Positions 34,760 to 46,535 of a stretch of DNA of 64,000 nt are shown here, piece after piece. The stretch lies in the NCBI RefSeq assembly GCF_009914755.1, contig NC_060938.1, one strand, 5' to 3'. This stretch comes from the human T2T-CHM13v2.0 reference genome, Homo sapiens. The notes beneath the pieces were generated by a model. That model had not been told where the DNA came from. It worked only from the letters and a program-made list of their open reading frames with translations, and did no database searches. A program made the position numbers and the translations under genes. Positions within the stretch are counted from its first letter, which is position 1. Every line of letters begins with the position of its first letter.

Positions 34760-34995
34760 AACTATTTTCATAGCACTTTACATGGATTTCATTTATTTAT
34801 ACCTCATGTATAAATAAACTATACATTTTATACAACTATTTATACATTTTATACAACTATTTTCATAGCACTTTACATAAATATCATTTATTTATACCTC
34901 ATGTATAAATAAACTATACATTTTATACAACTATTTATACATTTTATACAACTATTTTCATAGCACTTTACATGGATTTCATTTATTTATACCTC
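34760..34995. repeat. 95-bp tandem repeat, about 2.5 copies, inside a MIR
   Basis: aactattttcatagcacttta starts at 34760, 34855 and 34950. Confidence 0.92.
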
Positions 34996-36274
34996 CATGT
35001 TACACCTAAAGAAACTGAGTTACTGAGAGATTAAATCATTTTCCCAAGATCACACAACTTGTAAGTAGCAGAACTACGAATTCAGGTAGTTTTGCTCCAG
35101 ATAACAATGATTCCTTTCTCCTTAGATCCTCCCCAGCTTTCACATTCCTTGATTTTATGCTAATATAGAAAACAGTAAGTATTTTCTTCCTCTCAGTTAG
35201 TCAATAAGGACAACATAAGAGGCAATAAGACAACAAGAATAATCAAACAGTAGTGTGTTTTATGTGCCAAAAATGATATGCAGGATATCATGAACCCCTT
35301 AACCTTGACCTACAGAAGAGATTTCTAACCAGCTTGTCTGTGCTTAGATGATAGGACCTGAGTCATGCATGTTTTCCAGAACACAATAACTAGTGGAATA
35401 AACAGCTGCTATTGCATAAACATCACTCAGTTGGCTGCCTACTTTCCTATTCAGGTGTTATTATGCTTAAAAGATACTAGCATAACTATGCAAAAATAGA
35501 TGCAAGCAAATGTTAATCTTTTATTCCAGAAATTTCGAGATCTAGCATTTTGGACTATCATTCAAAGAACAGTGCAGAGTAACAGCTTAAGACAGTTCTC
35601 TCCTATTGCCATCGAGATGGATCTATCTAATTTAGCAAGTGTTTCCTGGGGCAAATTTTACCTGAAAGCTCAATTCAGATGCTTCAGGACATATAAATAT
35701 GAGGAAATAATTCTCTGTGCCCAATTAGTTTATTAGCCAGTAGAATCCTAGACACGCATAACTGTTATTATTGTTGACCTTTATATTTACTCTTTCCCTT
35801 TCTTCATAGATGGTTTCCTCCTTATTCTTCAGATTTCAGTTCCCATGCCCCCTTCTCTGAGAGGCCTCCTCACCACCTAACTTATTGCTTACCCCCACTC
35901 CTTACTCTATTACTGTCTCACATCATCCTGTCTCCTCCAAAGTCATTAAAGCAGCATGCAACTGTATTATTTACCTCTTATTTGTTTACTGGATTTTTAC
36001 TGTCTCCCTTCAACAGAATATAGGTTTCAGGAGGGCAGCATCTTTATTATTTTGTTCATCATTGTAACACCAATTTCTGGAATACCGTGTCACAAAGAAT
36101 AATTGCTGATATATACATATATGAAAGTTCAAAGGAAAGATAAACCATATTCATGGTGGAGGCGAGGGGTAATTCAGAAAGGGGGTTTCCTGAAGAAAAG
36201 ACATTTGCATAGACGCCAAGGTGAGTCTTGCCATACAATGGCTATGTTGTGCATTATTAGTAATTAAAATTTTG

Positions 36275-36569
36275 TTTGGGTGTGGGATGGGGAGGAAGGA
36301 GGGATGGTTAATGGGTGCAAAAAAATAGCACAGTGAATAAGACCAAGTATTTGCTATCACAACAGGGTGACTACAGTTAAAAATAATTTAACTGTGTATT
36401 TTTAAATAACTAGAAGAGTATAATTGGATTGTCTGTAACACAAAGGATAAATCCTTAAAGTGAATGGATACCCCATTTACCCTGATGTGACTATTAAATA
36501 CTGCATGCCTGTATGAAAATTTCTCATGTAACCCAAAAATATATATGCCTACTATGTACTCACAAAAAT

Positions 36570-36607
<38 letters not shown>
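36275..36607 (+). mobile_element. L1MA 3' end with an (AGAT)n tetranucleotide STR (36571-36607) at its tail
   Basis: taacacaaaggataaat...ggataccccatttaccctgatgtga L1MA 3' UTR; about 9 AGAT units. Confidence 0.85.
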
Positions 36608-36608
<1 letters not shown>

Positions 36609-37785
36609 ATTTTTTTCAGGACACTTCAGTCCTATCAATCTGCAAACTGTCCAGAGATTTCTTTTTTATATTTCGAAACTGTCTGTCTCACTTAGGGATG
36701 ATGACCTAACCTGCTGTTAGGAAAACACAGTGGTGAATGCTCAGTCCGAGGCTACTTTCTGAAGCAAAAAACAAACAAACAAAAAACGAAAAAAAAAAAA
36801 ACCCACACAGTCATCTGCAACAACACTACATGAATATATTACCTCTCACACAGGAGTGGGGATTTTCCAGCACAGAGCTCTTTGACAACAGAAAAATATG
36901 AAAACCCTTGAGAAATGGAGTTCATATAGGAACGCACATGTTTCCAGGCTCTATAATTCAGGCAGTAGAGAGTAGGGTGTTTGCTGAGTTTCAGGTTGTT
37001 TGGTGGTATTCAGATTCTCTATTCCTTGAGCTAACTGTCAAATATCCTAAATATATAGCATAAATAAAATCTAATCAACACCTTTTCACAACAGTGAAAC
37101 GGTGGCTACAGGGCAAGCAAAAAAAAAATATGTGCCCACTGCTTAGTGGTGACAGATACTGTGTTATACCATGGAGAATCCATTTCTTAAATGTTTACAG
37201 CAATTTGTGAAAGCTTTCAAAGTAATAACATATATAATCTCTTACTAAAATACAAGGTGATCTGGATTTGCTGAGTGCTAAAGTAATCGTGGAAGTTACA
37301 TTAACTTTTATATTGCCTCACTATTTTCAAGTAAACCAAAATGAAGGGTAAAGGAACCGTGATATTTTCTTAAGTGATCTACCCATTGCAGGGAAAGCAC
37401 CAGAACTGTTCAAAAATTGTTGCAAATTACATGTACATTTCCACCGAAGAAGAAAATAACTGCATGTCAACAACTTCCATTTTGGGACTTTAAGTGTCAG
37501 AAAGTGAAATGGAGGGTAAACACATTATGTGGGAAAACCAAGGACAGTAATTTTAGAGGTAAATATTCCCATAGTATTTGACCTTGCCTGAATAGACTAG
37601 GACCTGGCCTGGGTTTATGGTCTCACTGGAAAGCTGAATGAAATAGTCTGAAAAGAGACTGTGACACTGATTACTACTGCCTTGGAGACACCAAGCAGCT
37701 GGGAAAGTATGACATAAACACAGTCCTAGGCCACAAAGGTGAGAGCCTCTCCCTTCAAAAATGGCCCATAAGGATAACTTTATAG

Positions 37786-38281
37786 TGTTGCAGGAAATAA
37801 GGGGCCGGAGAGACCAAATAGGGGTGCAGGAGAGTTAATTTAAGGTGTACACTGGCTTAGCAGACGTGTCCTGAAAGACTGAGCACCGGACAAAGAAAAC
37901 AGATGCCTTTTAAGCAGTTTATGGTGGGAACTAAGTGTTGCAGGAATCAGGCTTACAGAAGCCAGAACAAAAGCAGTTAATCATTAGGTAACATTCGTGA
38001 GATTCAGCTTACATCTTGGGAAAAACATGTCCTATAACTTATGCTCATCTATTTTGTGACCCTGCAGCTGCACAGCAAGAAGAAAAACAGAAACTTAGAG
38101 ACCTTACAAAATATGTGGGAAAGAGATAAGGTTAATTAATGTCTTACAGTTTCTACAGAAAGGCAGTTAACATTCTTTTTTAACTTTTACTTCAAGGGGG
38201 TTCACCAATGCCTTACAGCTAAACTTTTATGATTTTTTTCTATTTCACAAGGACAATCAATTCTTTAACTTTTCTACTTCA
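37786..38281 (-). repeat. 3' LTR of the provirus
   Basis: Preceded on the minus strand by polypurine tract AAAGGGGGGAT. Confidence 0.93.
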
Positions 38282-38299
38282 ATCCCCCCTTTGGTGCTC

Positions 38300-38612
38300 T
38301 GTATAAATGATGTTTAATAAAGAGCACCACAATTTTTTTTTTTTTTTGAGTGGCTACACATTTTTTTTGAGGCAAGGCCTGGTACTTGGTTAAGGCCATG
38401 ATTTGAGTAGTAGTATGCTTTGTTACCATTGCCTCTACAGTTGACTGGATACTTTTGATTAATAGAGGCAGGAGGCAAGGGAGAATTAGACATCTTTTAA
38501 CTATAAAGCTTTTTATTAGAGTCTTTAAATTATTGAAAGATGACAACCATTCACTAAAAAGTGAATCTGGGGACTATTTTTTCCAGGTTTGAACTGGGAC
38601 ATGAGCAAGTTT
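38300..38612 (-). pseudogene. ERV env TM/cytoplasmic-tail remnant
   Basis: [21 protein letters not shown]...CLILPCLLPLLIKSIQST...MALTKYQALP. Confidence 0.85.
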
Positions 38613-38614
38613 AG

Positions 38615-39865
38615 CCATTTTCCCTGGGCCTGCCTTATAAATGCTGTGTTTACCATGTGCTGGCCTCACAAAGTCTTTTATAAAACTGGCTGGGGCTTCT
38701 GTTTTTTTGACAGGGAGTCTCGCTCTGTTGCCCAGGCTAGAGTGCAGTGGTGCGATCTCGGCTCACTGCCAGCTCTGCCTCCTGGGTTCATGCCATTCTC
38801 CTACCTCAGCCTCCTGAGTAGCTGGGACTACAGGCACTCACCACCATGCCCAGCTAATTTTTTGTATTTTTAGTAGAGACGGGGTTTCACCGTGTTAGCC
38901 AGGATGGTCTCGATTTCCTGACCTCGTGATCCGCCCGCCTTGGCCTCCCAAAGTGCTGGGATTACAGGCGTGAGCCACCATGCCCGGCCTGGCTGGGGCT
39001 TTTATCTGCACCCTGAAGCACCTTTGAGATTTTTTTTATATTGATTGCTTTTATTTTTGCCATTTTTAAAACTTCACAGGGGTATCTTTTGGTATCTCTG
39101 CAGCTGCTGTAGTTGGGCTGCCTTATTTGGGTCCCAGTGGGGGTCCTTTTGTTCCTTGAGTTTTGTATGACTCTGGCATGGCCAGACTTGAGATGGCCTG
39201 CCTGATTTTTTTAGCCATTTATTTTAATTTCTTGCAGTTTTGATTGTTTTTTCACAGGTGATACTGGAGGCGTGTATTTATTTGAGCTTTACTTTTTAGA
39301 GGCAGGTAGCCTTGGTAAAGGGGGATAAATTGGATTGTAAGGAGGAGGGGTCTTTATTCCCTCCAGTGGTTCTTGCAAAACCAGTTTTTCCTGTGGCTTT
39401 CCTTTTGTCTCTGTGTTTGCTGATGAAGTTTTTATTTGTGGTTTGGTTTTTGTTACAAGTTTTTCTAATTTTTTTTTTTTAATTTTGTGTTTACTGGTGA
39501 AGTTTTTACTTTGTGTTTGTAGTTGCTAGTGTAGTTGATTTTTTTTTGGCTCGAGCTGCGAGAGTTTGTAATAAGCTGTTAAACAGGGCTGTATTTAGCT
39601 ATGAGTTAATAAAAGGAAATTTGGTTTGAATGTCTAGACTGTTTTTTGACTTTGGTTATTACCTTAAATACATGGCTAATTGTTTTTTGTTTTTATTTAT
39701 AGCGCCTTTGGCTGGCCCTTCAACATTAAAAGAGGGTTATTTTAATTCATACAGGGTTTTCAGCATTTGAGGGGTTAACTTGACTTTTTGATTTCCCATA
39801 AAGCCTTTTTTAAAGTTTTTTAATATACATTCCAATGGAGTGGGTTTTGACGATTTTCCTCCCAT
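38615..39865 (-). pseudogene. ERV gag remnant (MA, PPPY late domain, partial CA/MHR), interrupted by AluY
   Basis: MGGKSSKPTPLECILKNFKKGF...; TPPPYNPIYPPLP; [19 protein letters not shown] (MHR-like); stops and deletions. Confidence 0.88.
38699..38989 (-). mobile_element. AluY inserted into the ERV gag
   Basis: Y diagnostics; TSD tggctggggctt (38687-38698 and 38990-39001). Confidence 0.94.
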
Positions 39866-40546
39866 TTCCTCCCAGTAACGACACAGCACATTCACTTTTC
39901 CTTTCTTTTTAGACCAATTAGACCTGGTTGGCCTTACGCTTTGCTTAGAGCATACAGCCTCTACTAAGAGACCTGTAGCCTTCTGTATGTCACTCCTCAC
40001 GTTGCTTCCTTCTGGAACAGTCTTTATCACACACACTCATACACTTCCCTGCTTCCAGCTCCCTTTCCTGGTTGGGGTAGCGAGCCACTCTCGCCACTTC
40101 CAGTTTCCTAGTTGGGGTGGTGAGCCACTCTCGCCACCTCCGGTTTTCTTTTCCGAGCTGACTTAGCGAGCCACTCTCGTGTCCTGTCTCTGTTGGGGTG
40201 TGAGTTTCATTCAAATCAATGAGCCACTCTTGTTGTCCCCAGCCCCTCTGGGTCAGATTAGTTGTCACTCCCCTGGAGGTGATCAGGCTTCCCTTCTGTC
40301 CTTAGGGATGGGTCCTGCCTCAGGGCCCAAACCTTACCACGGTTCAGATGTCTGTGCAGTGCTCCTGATGCCATCCAGGAATCCCCTTTACTGGTTCCGT
40401 TGCACTGTCTGGAAGGGCACCGGGACATGGGAGGGCCTATCCCCTTCAGGGCTGAAGCTCTCCCATTGGCACCAAGTTTCCCAGGTCTCCTCTGTCCCGG
40501 GGCCTCAGTCCCACAGGCAAAGGAGACAGAAATCTGCCATCTCCAG

Positions 40547-40564
40547 TCCCGGGTTTCAGCACCA
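40547..40564 (-). promoter_or_regulatory. Primer-binding site complementary to tRNA-Phe
   Basis: TGGTGCTGAAACCCGGGA, 4 nt after the 5' LTR; one mismatch to TGGTGCCGAAACCCGGGA. Confidence 0.85.
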
Positions 40565-40568
40565 GAAA

Positions 40569-41057
40569 TGTTGCAGTGAATTAAGGGACCAGAGAGACTG
40601 AATGGGGGGGGCAGGAGAGTTTATTTAAGGTGTACACTGGCTTAGTGGACATGTATCCTGAAAGACTGAGCACTAGACAAAGAAGTTGCCTTTTAAGCAG
40701 TTTTTGGCAGGAACTACTTGATGCAGGAATCAGGCTTACAGAAGCAAGAACTAAAGCAGTTAATCATTAGGTAACATTCTTGAGATTCAGCTTACATCTT
40801 GGGAAAAACATGTCCTGTAACTTACGCTTATCTATTTTGTGACCTTGCAGCTGCACAGCAAGAAGAAAAACAGAAACTTAGAGACCTTACAATATATGTG
40901 GGAAACAGATAAGGTGTCTTACAGTTTCTACAGAAAAGCAGTTAATATTCTTTTCTAACTTTTACTTCAAGGGGTTCACCAATGCCTATTACAGCTAAAC
41001 TTTTTATTATTTTTTCTATTTCATAAGGACAATCAATTCTTTAATTTTTCTACTTCA
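40569..41057 (-). repeat. 5' LTR of the provirus
   Basis: Direct repeat of 37786-38281; adjacent PBS; TATA-like GCTTAAAAGG; AATAAA at 40620-40625. Confidence 0.93.
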
Positions 41058-41766
41058 ATAGTACATTATAGAATCCTAGCCCATAATACTCAATGTCAAA
41101 CATGTAGCGCTGTGTGTGTCTGTGTGTACACGCTCATGTGCTTCTGAAACAACGTGGTAAGACCAAAGACTAGATTTTAATGCAACTTAATTACAAAAGA
41201 GAAAGAGACAAAAGATAAGAGACTTTTCTCCTCTATCTATCCCACACCCCTAAAAGAGCTTTGGGTTTTAAAAATACAGAAAAGCACTCACTCAATGAAA
41301 TTATATCACTCAAGTGATATTTTCAGTGCATGGCTACACAAAAATAGATACCACTAAAAACTGGGCTATTTAGAGAAAGAGGCATATTTGTTCATAACTC
41401 CCTGACATTGTCTCATCTTACATTTCACTATATTTATTATTAAAATGGCAACATCATCACTCTTTTTGAGAAGGCAAGAAGGAATTCATCTGATTAGATT
41501 AAATCAAGTATCAGAATACCATGTCTAAGGGGTTCAGTAAAATAATGTATCTAAATATTTGAAAAGACACAAATATTTTAGAGGCTGAATTTTCTCTAGT
41601 TTCTAGAAGTCTAATTTATAGTACCAATTCCAATCTTCTACTCTCCTCTCTCCTTCTCATTATTATTTCTTCTATAGAAATCTTTCTTTTTTTTTTTTCC
41701 TGGGTAGCCACATTCATGAGGACATATAAACTGTTGAAGTGAACATAAGTAACCTTTTTTTCATAT

Positions 41767-42130
<364 letters not shown>

Positions 42131-44192
42131 TAATTAAGGGAGCAGAAACTTAAATCTATCCCAGCCTAGAATATTAGATGGACGCAGATGCCCACAAGTA
42201 AATGCCTGCAATTCCTAACAGTGGAAGGCTCTGTTTTGTGTCTTGTCAGGAGTGCTGTGGAGGTCACGGTACCTTGCCTGAGAGTTGCACGGGATTTTCA
42301 GAGCTGTTACTAAAAATCCGATTGTTTTTAAGACCTATATATTAGTAAGTGTGAGGCAATTGGTATATGATGCCACCCCCTCCCAGCAGGGTTCATGAAG
42401 AACTCTCCAGTAGTATTCACATTTACAATCACATATCTGCAAGGTTTTGTTCAGAGCATGAATTAAGAATGGACATATATGATAAGCCAGACTTGTGGAA
42501 TGAAATCAGATAACAGTAACTCAAAGCAGGCCTCACAATCTTATTAATTTTACTGAAGGACACTTTCCCCAGAAACTCACTACTGCACATAGTCTCAGGA
42601 AGCAGGGAAGTTCTGGTTAAAAAATTTTTGGACATCTTTCCTCACTGAAAGTACACACTGCCCAGGTTTGAATTTGAAAAACTAGTTTGTAGAATCATCA
42701 AAGGAAAACCTGCAATTTCTGGCAAATGTACTACATGAGTGTCATGGTGCATATTTAAATGGAAAAATGACTTTTTATTTCAGAGAAATCACCAGGATTC
42801 CTGGAATTCCAGAACACAAGAGTTAAGTCTCTACTTCTAAATAGACTTTTGCTGCATTGAAAAATATCCTGGCAAATGTTCATCTGGGCAGTAAGTATCA
42901 TCATAGTTAAGAAATAGCTTTTTGTCCATTATTTGCTTATTTGAAAAGAAACTACTTTGACTATTATAAAATGTATCAGGATCATATCTAATTATAGATA
43001 GAAAATACAATGCTGGTATTCTCGTTTTCATTTTTTAAATAAATGAAAACAGTAACTAAATGAATCATTTCTGAGGGGAGATGTTCTATGAACGTATGCA
43101 GCCTAGAGCTCATTTTAGTACAATCCGTGTCTTCATTACATGTGAGTCAGTAAACCTGTATGAAAATAATAGCAGTTTATGGCCAATTGTTATTTAGAAA
43201 ATATGCAACCTCACATAAAAAGTTAAACTGAATATTGTCCGGATTGCATAAAATTAAAGGATATAAAATGGTCAAATGCAGAGAAAGCTTTTAGAATGAG
43301 CGATTTATTTCCTAATGATTTCTGTAAGGTGGCCTGAATGTTAAGAATAACCAAAAAGATTAGGCTAGAAGCATTTAATTCCAAGAAAAAATAAGTTCTC
43401 TGTAGAGCCTCTTAACTTCAAAGCTAAATTAGTAGATACCTCCTTAAAGTCACTTAAAAACATTTAAGATAACTTTAGTAAAGTTATTTAATTTTTTAAA
43501 AAAAATCCATAATGTAAAAAATGCTGTGTCATCAATTATATCCTATGGTCACACAGGTCATCCAATATCTTAAATTCTGCTTCATTTTCCACCTTGACTT
43601 CAGTTCTTTTACCTCAAGAAAAGGTCATTCTCCTCAACTGCTTGACAAAAATATTATCTTTAATCTGGCCATGTTGATTTATTTTCAACATGTCTCTATA
43701 TGGTTAAGTCTCTATACAGTAAGAGAATGAATGAAAATATGTCTTCTCCATGTGAAAAAAATCAATATGGGAAAAGACATAAAAAACATACAGATCACAG
43801 ATTAATAGAGGATAACAGTCATAATACATAAAGACTATAAGCAACCAATAAGCAACTCAATGGAAAAAGAGAAAGGCAATTCACCATGGCTGAAATACAA
43901 ATGGCCAATTAATATATGAAAAGCCTTTATTCTCTCCAACAAAGAAATATATAGTTAGGCACAGATTTTATATAGATATATTTCAAATTAGCAGGGAGGA
44001 AAAGCCTTTTAAAATATTGACAACACCTGTTGTTGGGAAGAGTATAAGGAAATGGAAACTCTCATACACTATTTTCAGTAGAGTTAAAAATGTAAACTTT
44101 TACACTTTTGAATAACTATTTTTTTTTTTAAAAAAGCAGTATAACCTATTTGGATTCTAATAATGTTATCTACTAACTCATTCAGTAAATAA

Positions 44193-44509
<317 letters not shown>

Positions 44510-45904
44510 AAATAAATATTTATTCAGAATTTACTAGTGCTTTTACAAATACGCAAAAAATAGAGATGCTTATTTTTTGCATTATTTCAAATTTAAAATG
44601 GAAACAGGAGGACAGATTGGTTACATAAATCAATATATTTCATTGTAATATAATACCAGGAAGCTTATACAAAGACATATACTATATCTACTTGTCGGTA
44701 TATGGTTTACCTATGCAAGCTCCATGAAGGCGGATAATTTATCTATTTTTGCATACTTGTGCACCTCAGGGTTACAGACATAAAAGTGTAAACTGACCAG
44801 GACATGCTGAACATGGAGCAATGGCCAGGTTTCTATAACCATTCTGCTACTTGCACAACTGTCACTAAAACATTTCTCTGAAGAAATTCTGGTCGAATTT
44901 CATGCATCAGTTTCTTCCAAGACATTTATAAAGAGAAAAGTCTGTTATCTTTTTGACAAACTAGACGTAAACAAAGTTCAAGAAAAACAGCTCATGCCGA
45001 AAACACATCTTATTTCCATCAGGAGCTAGCCTGTGAAGGCCTGGTTGCTTTTAATTTGTACAACTTGCACAGAAAATCAGACTACTCTTCAGTCCTCCTT
45101 TATGCAATCTGTTCCCGACTGCAATGTGGGAGAAGGAAGTGAAAAATGTTTCCTGTCCTTCTTTGGCTTCATGCCCAAAGGATTATTTGAAAGGAAAGAT
45201 ACTAATTCACATTTAAAATTATGTCTAGAAGGCATTTTAAATTACAAACCAAATTTACAAGACTATAAAAAATTACACTCACCTAGCTTTCACACTGGAC
45301 TTATTCTAAGTAGGACACTTTTTGAGTAAGAATGATTTTTCAAAAATAGGAATTTACTATTATTGAAGCAGATGTCTTCATCCTGTAGCTTATGAATCAG
45401 AAATCTTGACTCATCCATCTTAATTAACCCAGAACATGTTCTGGTTGTGTTTTCATTAGCTTCCTTTGTTAGAGTTACCGTAACAAGACCATCTTAGAAT
45501 GGATACTAATAATAATATTTGAAATTTATAGTCCCATGAGGGAAAATAACAGTATGTCAACTCTCAATTGACCAAGGTATAGAAATAAAAGACAGTAAAC
45601 ATTCACAAGTCAACTGACCAAAACAAACCATCACAAGAAGAGCATTGTTGGATGCTCTAATACTTGACCTAAATACTTCTCCTCCACGTTCACATCATTC
45701 ATTGCTTAAAATAGAAAAAAGGCCAATTTTGGAGGAGGGCTTAACTAAAACCTTTTTTAAAGGAAATTTGTGTTTTTTCCATATATAATTTCTGTCTGGA
45801 TTGAGAGACTGACATTTCCATTTGTATACCATTTTTAAAAAATAATTAATAGATTGTGATAACACAAAAGGATGGAAAGATCCTTTATTGAAAAGGTAAG
45901 TTCA

Positions 45905-45992
45905 TGGGTGCAGCACCCTAACATGACACACGTACCCTAGAACTTAAAGTATAATAAAAAATATATATATATATTAAAAAAAGAAAAAAAAA
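45905..45992 (+). mobile_element. Ultra-short L1PA insertion (3' terminus plus tail)
   Basis: 15-bp TSD gaaaaggtaagttca at 45890-45904 and 45993-46007. Confidence 0.88.
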
Positions 45993-46511
45993 GAAAAGGT
46001 AAGTTCAGGAACTGTAAACAAGCAGTTACAGCCATCTTTAGGCAGTATACTGGGATGGTGTCCTCACTTTGCATGCCTCTGTGGTACCTGGGATCAGGAC
46101 ATAGTTCCAATGTGCATAAGATTCATTTAACATAGCATCACATAAGTGAGGGCTGATGTATTCTTCATTCTCAATATGTCTGCTCAGTTTCATTAAAAAA
46201 CAAAACAAAACACCAATGTTATGAAATCAAGCAATCACAGGGCAAAATCTGACCTGAAAAACCTAATTCTATTACTCTAATGACTTCATTGCTTTTTGGC
46301 TTATTGGGACTGTGAAAAGTTAAACATAACAGGACAAAAGCAAGGAAAACCTGAGGGCTTTCTGTGGGTCAATGTGTTGAATTTTGAGCTAAACTCTGAC
46401 CTGATTATTCTCATAAAGTCAGTACAGACAATTGTCTGATGTCAGCGTAATATGCTGGTTTGAAAAAGACAGTGAAGCAAATTTCTAGCACCAGGTAGCA
46501 TTAGTACCTAC

Positions 46512-46535
46512 CTCAAAGCCAGGACTCACAGGAGA
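46512..46535 (-). CDS. PRKD1: PRKD1 24-nt alternative microexon encoding SPVSPGFE, between exons 4 and 5
   Basis: Minus strand: long pyrimidine tract ...catgtttcag|TCT CCT GTG AGT CCT GGC TTT GAG|gtaggt; phase 0-0 fits between ...DEPLL and QKSPSES...; matches the 8-aa insert recalled from rodent PKD1 and the longer human isoform. Confidence 0.9.

Larger units (their letters stand above)
37786..41057 (-). mobile_element. Internally deleted class I (gamma-like/ERV1) endogenous retrovirus provirus
   Basis: Two ~490-bp LTRs with TG...CA ends, 4-bp TSD ATAG (37782-37785 and 41058-41061), PBS, PPT, gag and env remnants, no pol. Confidence 0.95.

Noticed and set aside
40065-40235. Spaced repeats reminiscent of a CRISPR array (also the 95-bp repeat at 34760)
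   Set aside because: Short degenerate motifs in an ERV leader or a tandem duplication in a mammalian intron; no unique-spacer architecture and no cas genes
40179-40601. 140-aa + strand ORF
   Set aside because: Antisense frame across the GC-rich ERV leader/PBS; no recognisable homology
37786-41057. Assigning a specific HERV/MER family name and insertion age
   Set aside because: The Phe PBS and gag/env motifs fit several ERV1 groups; this needs a Dfam search and a proper LTR alignment
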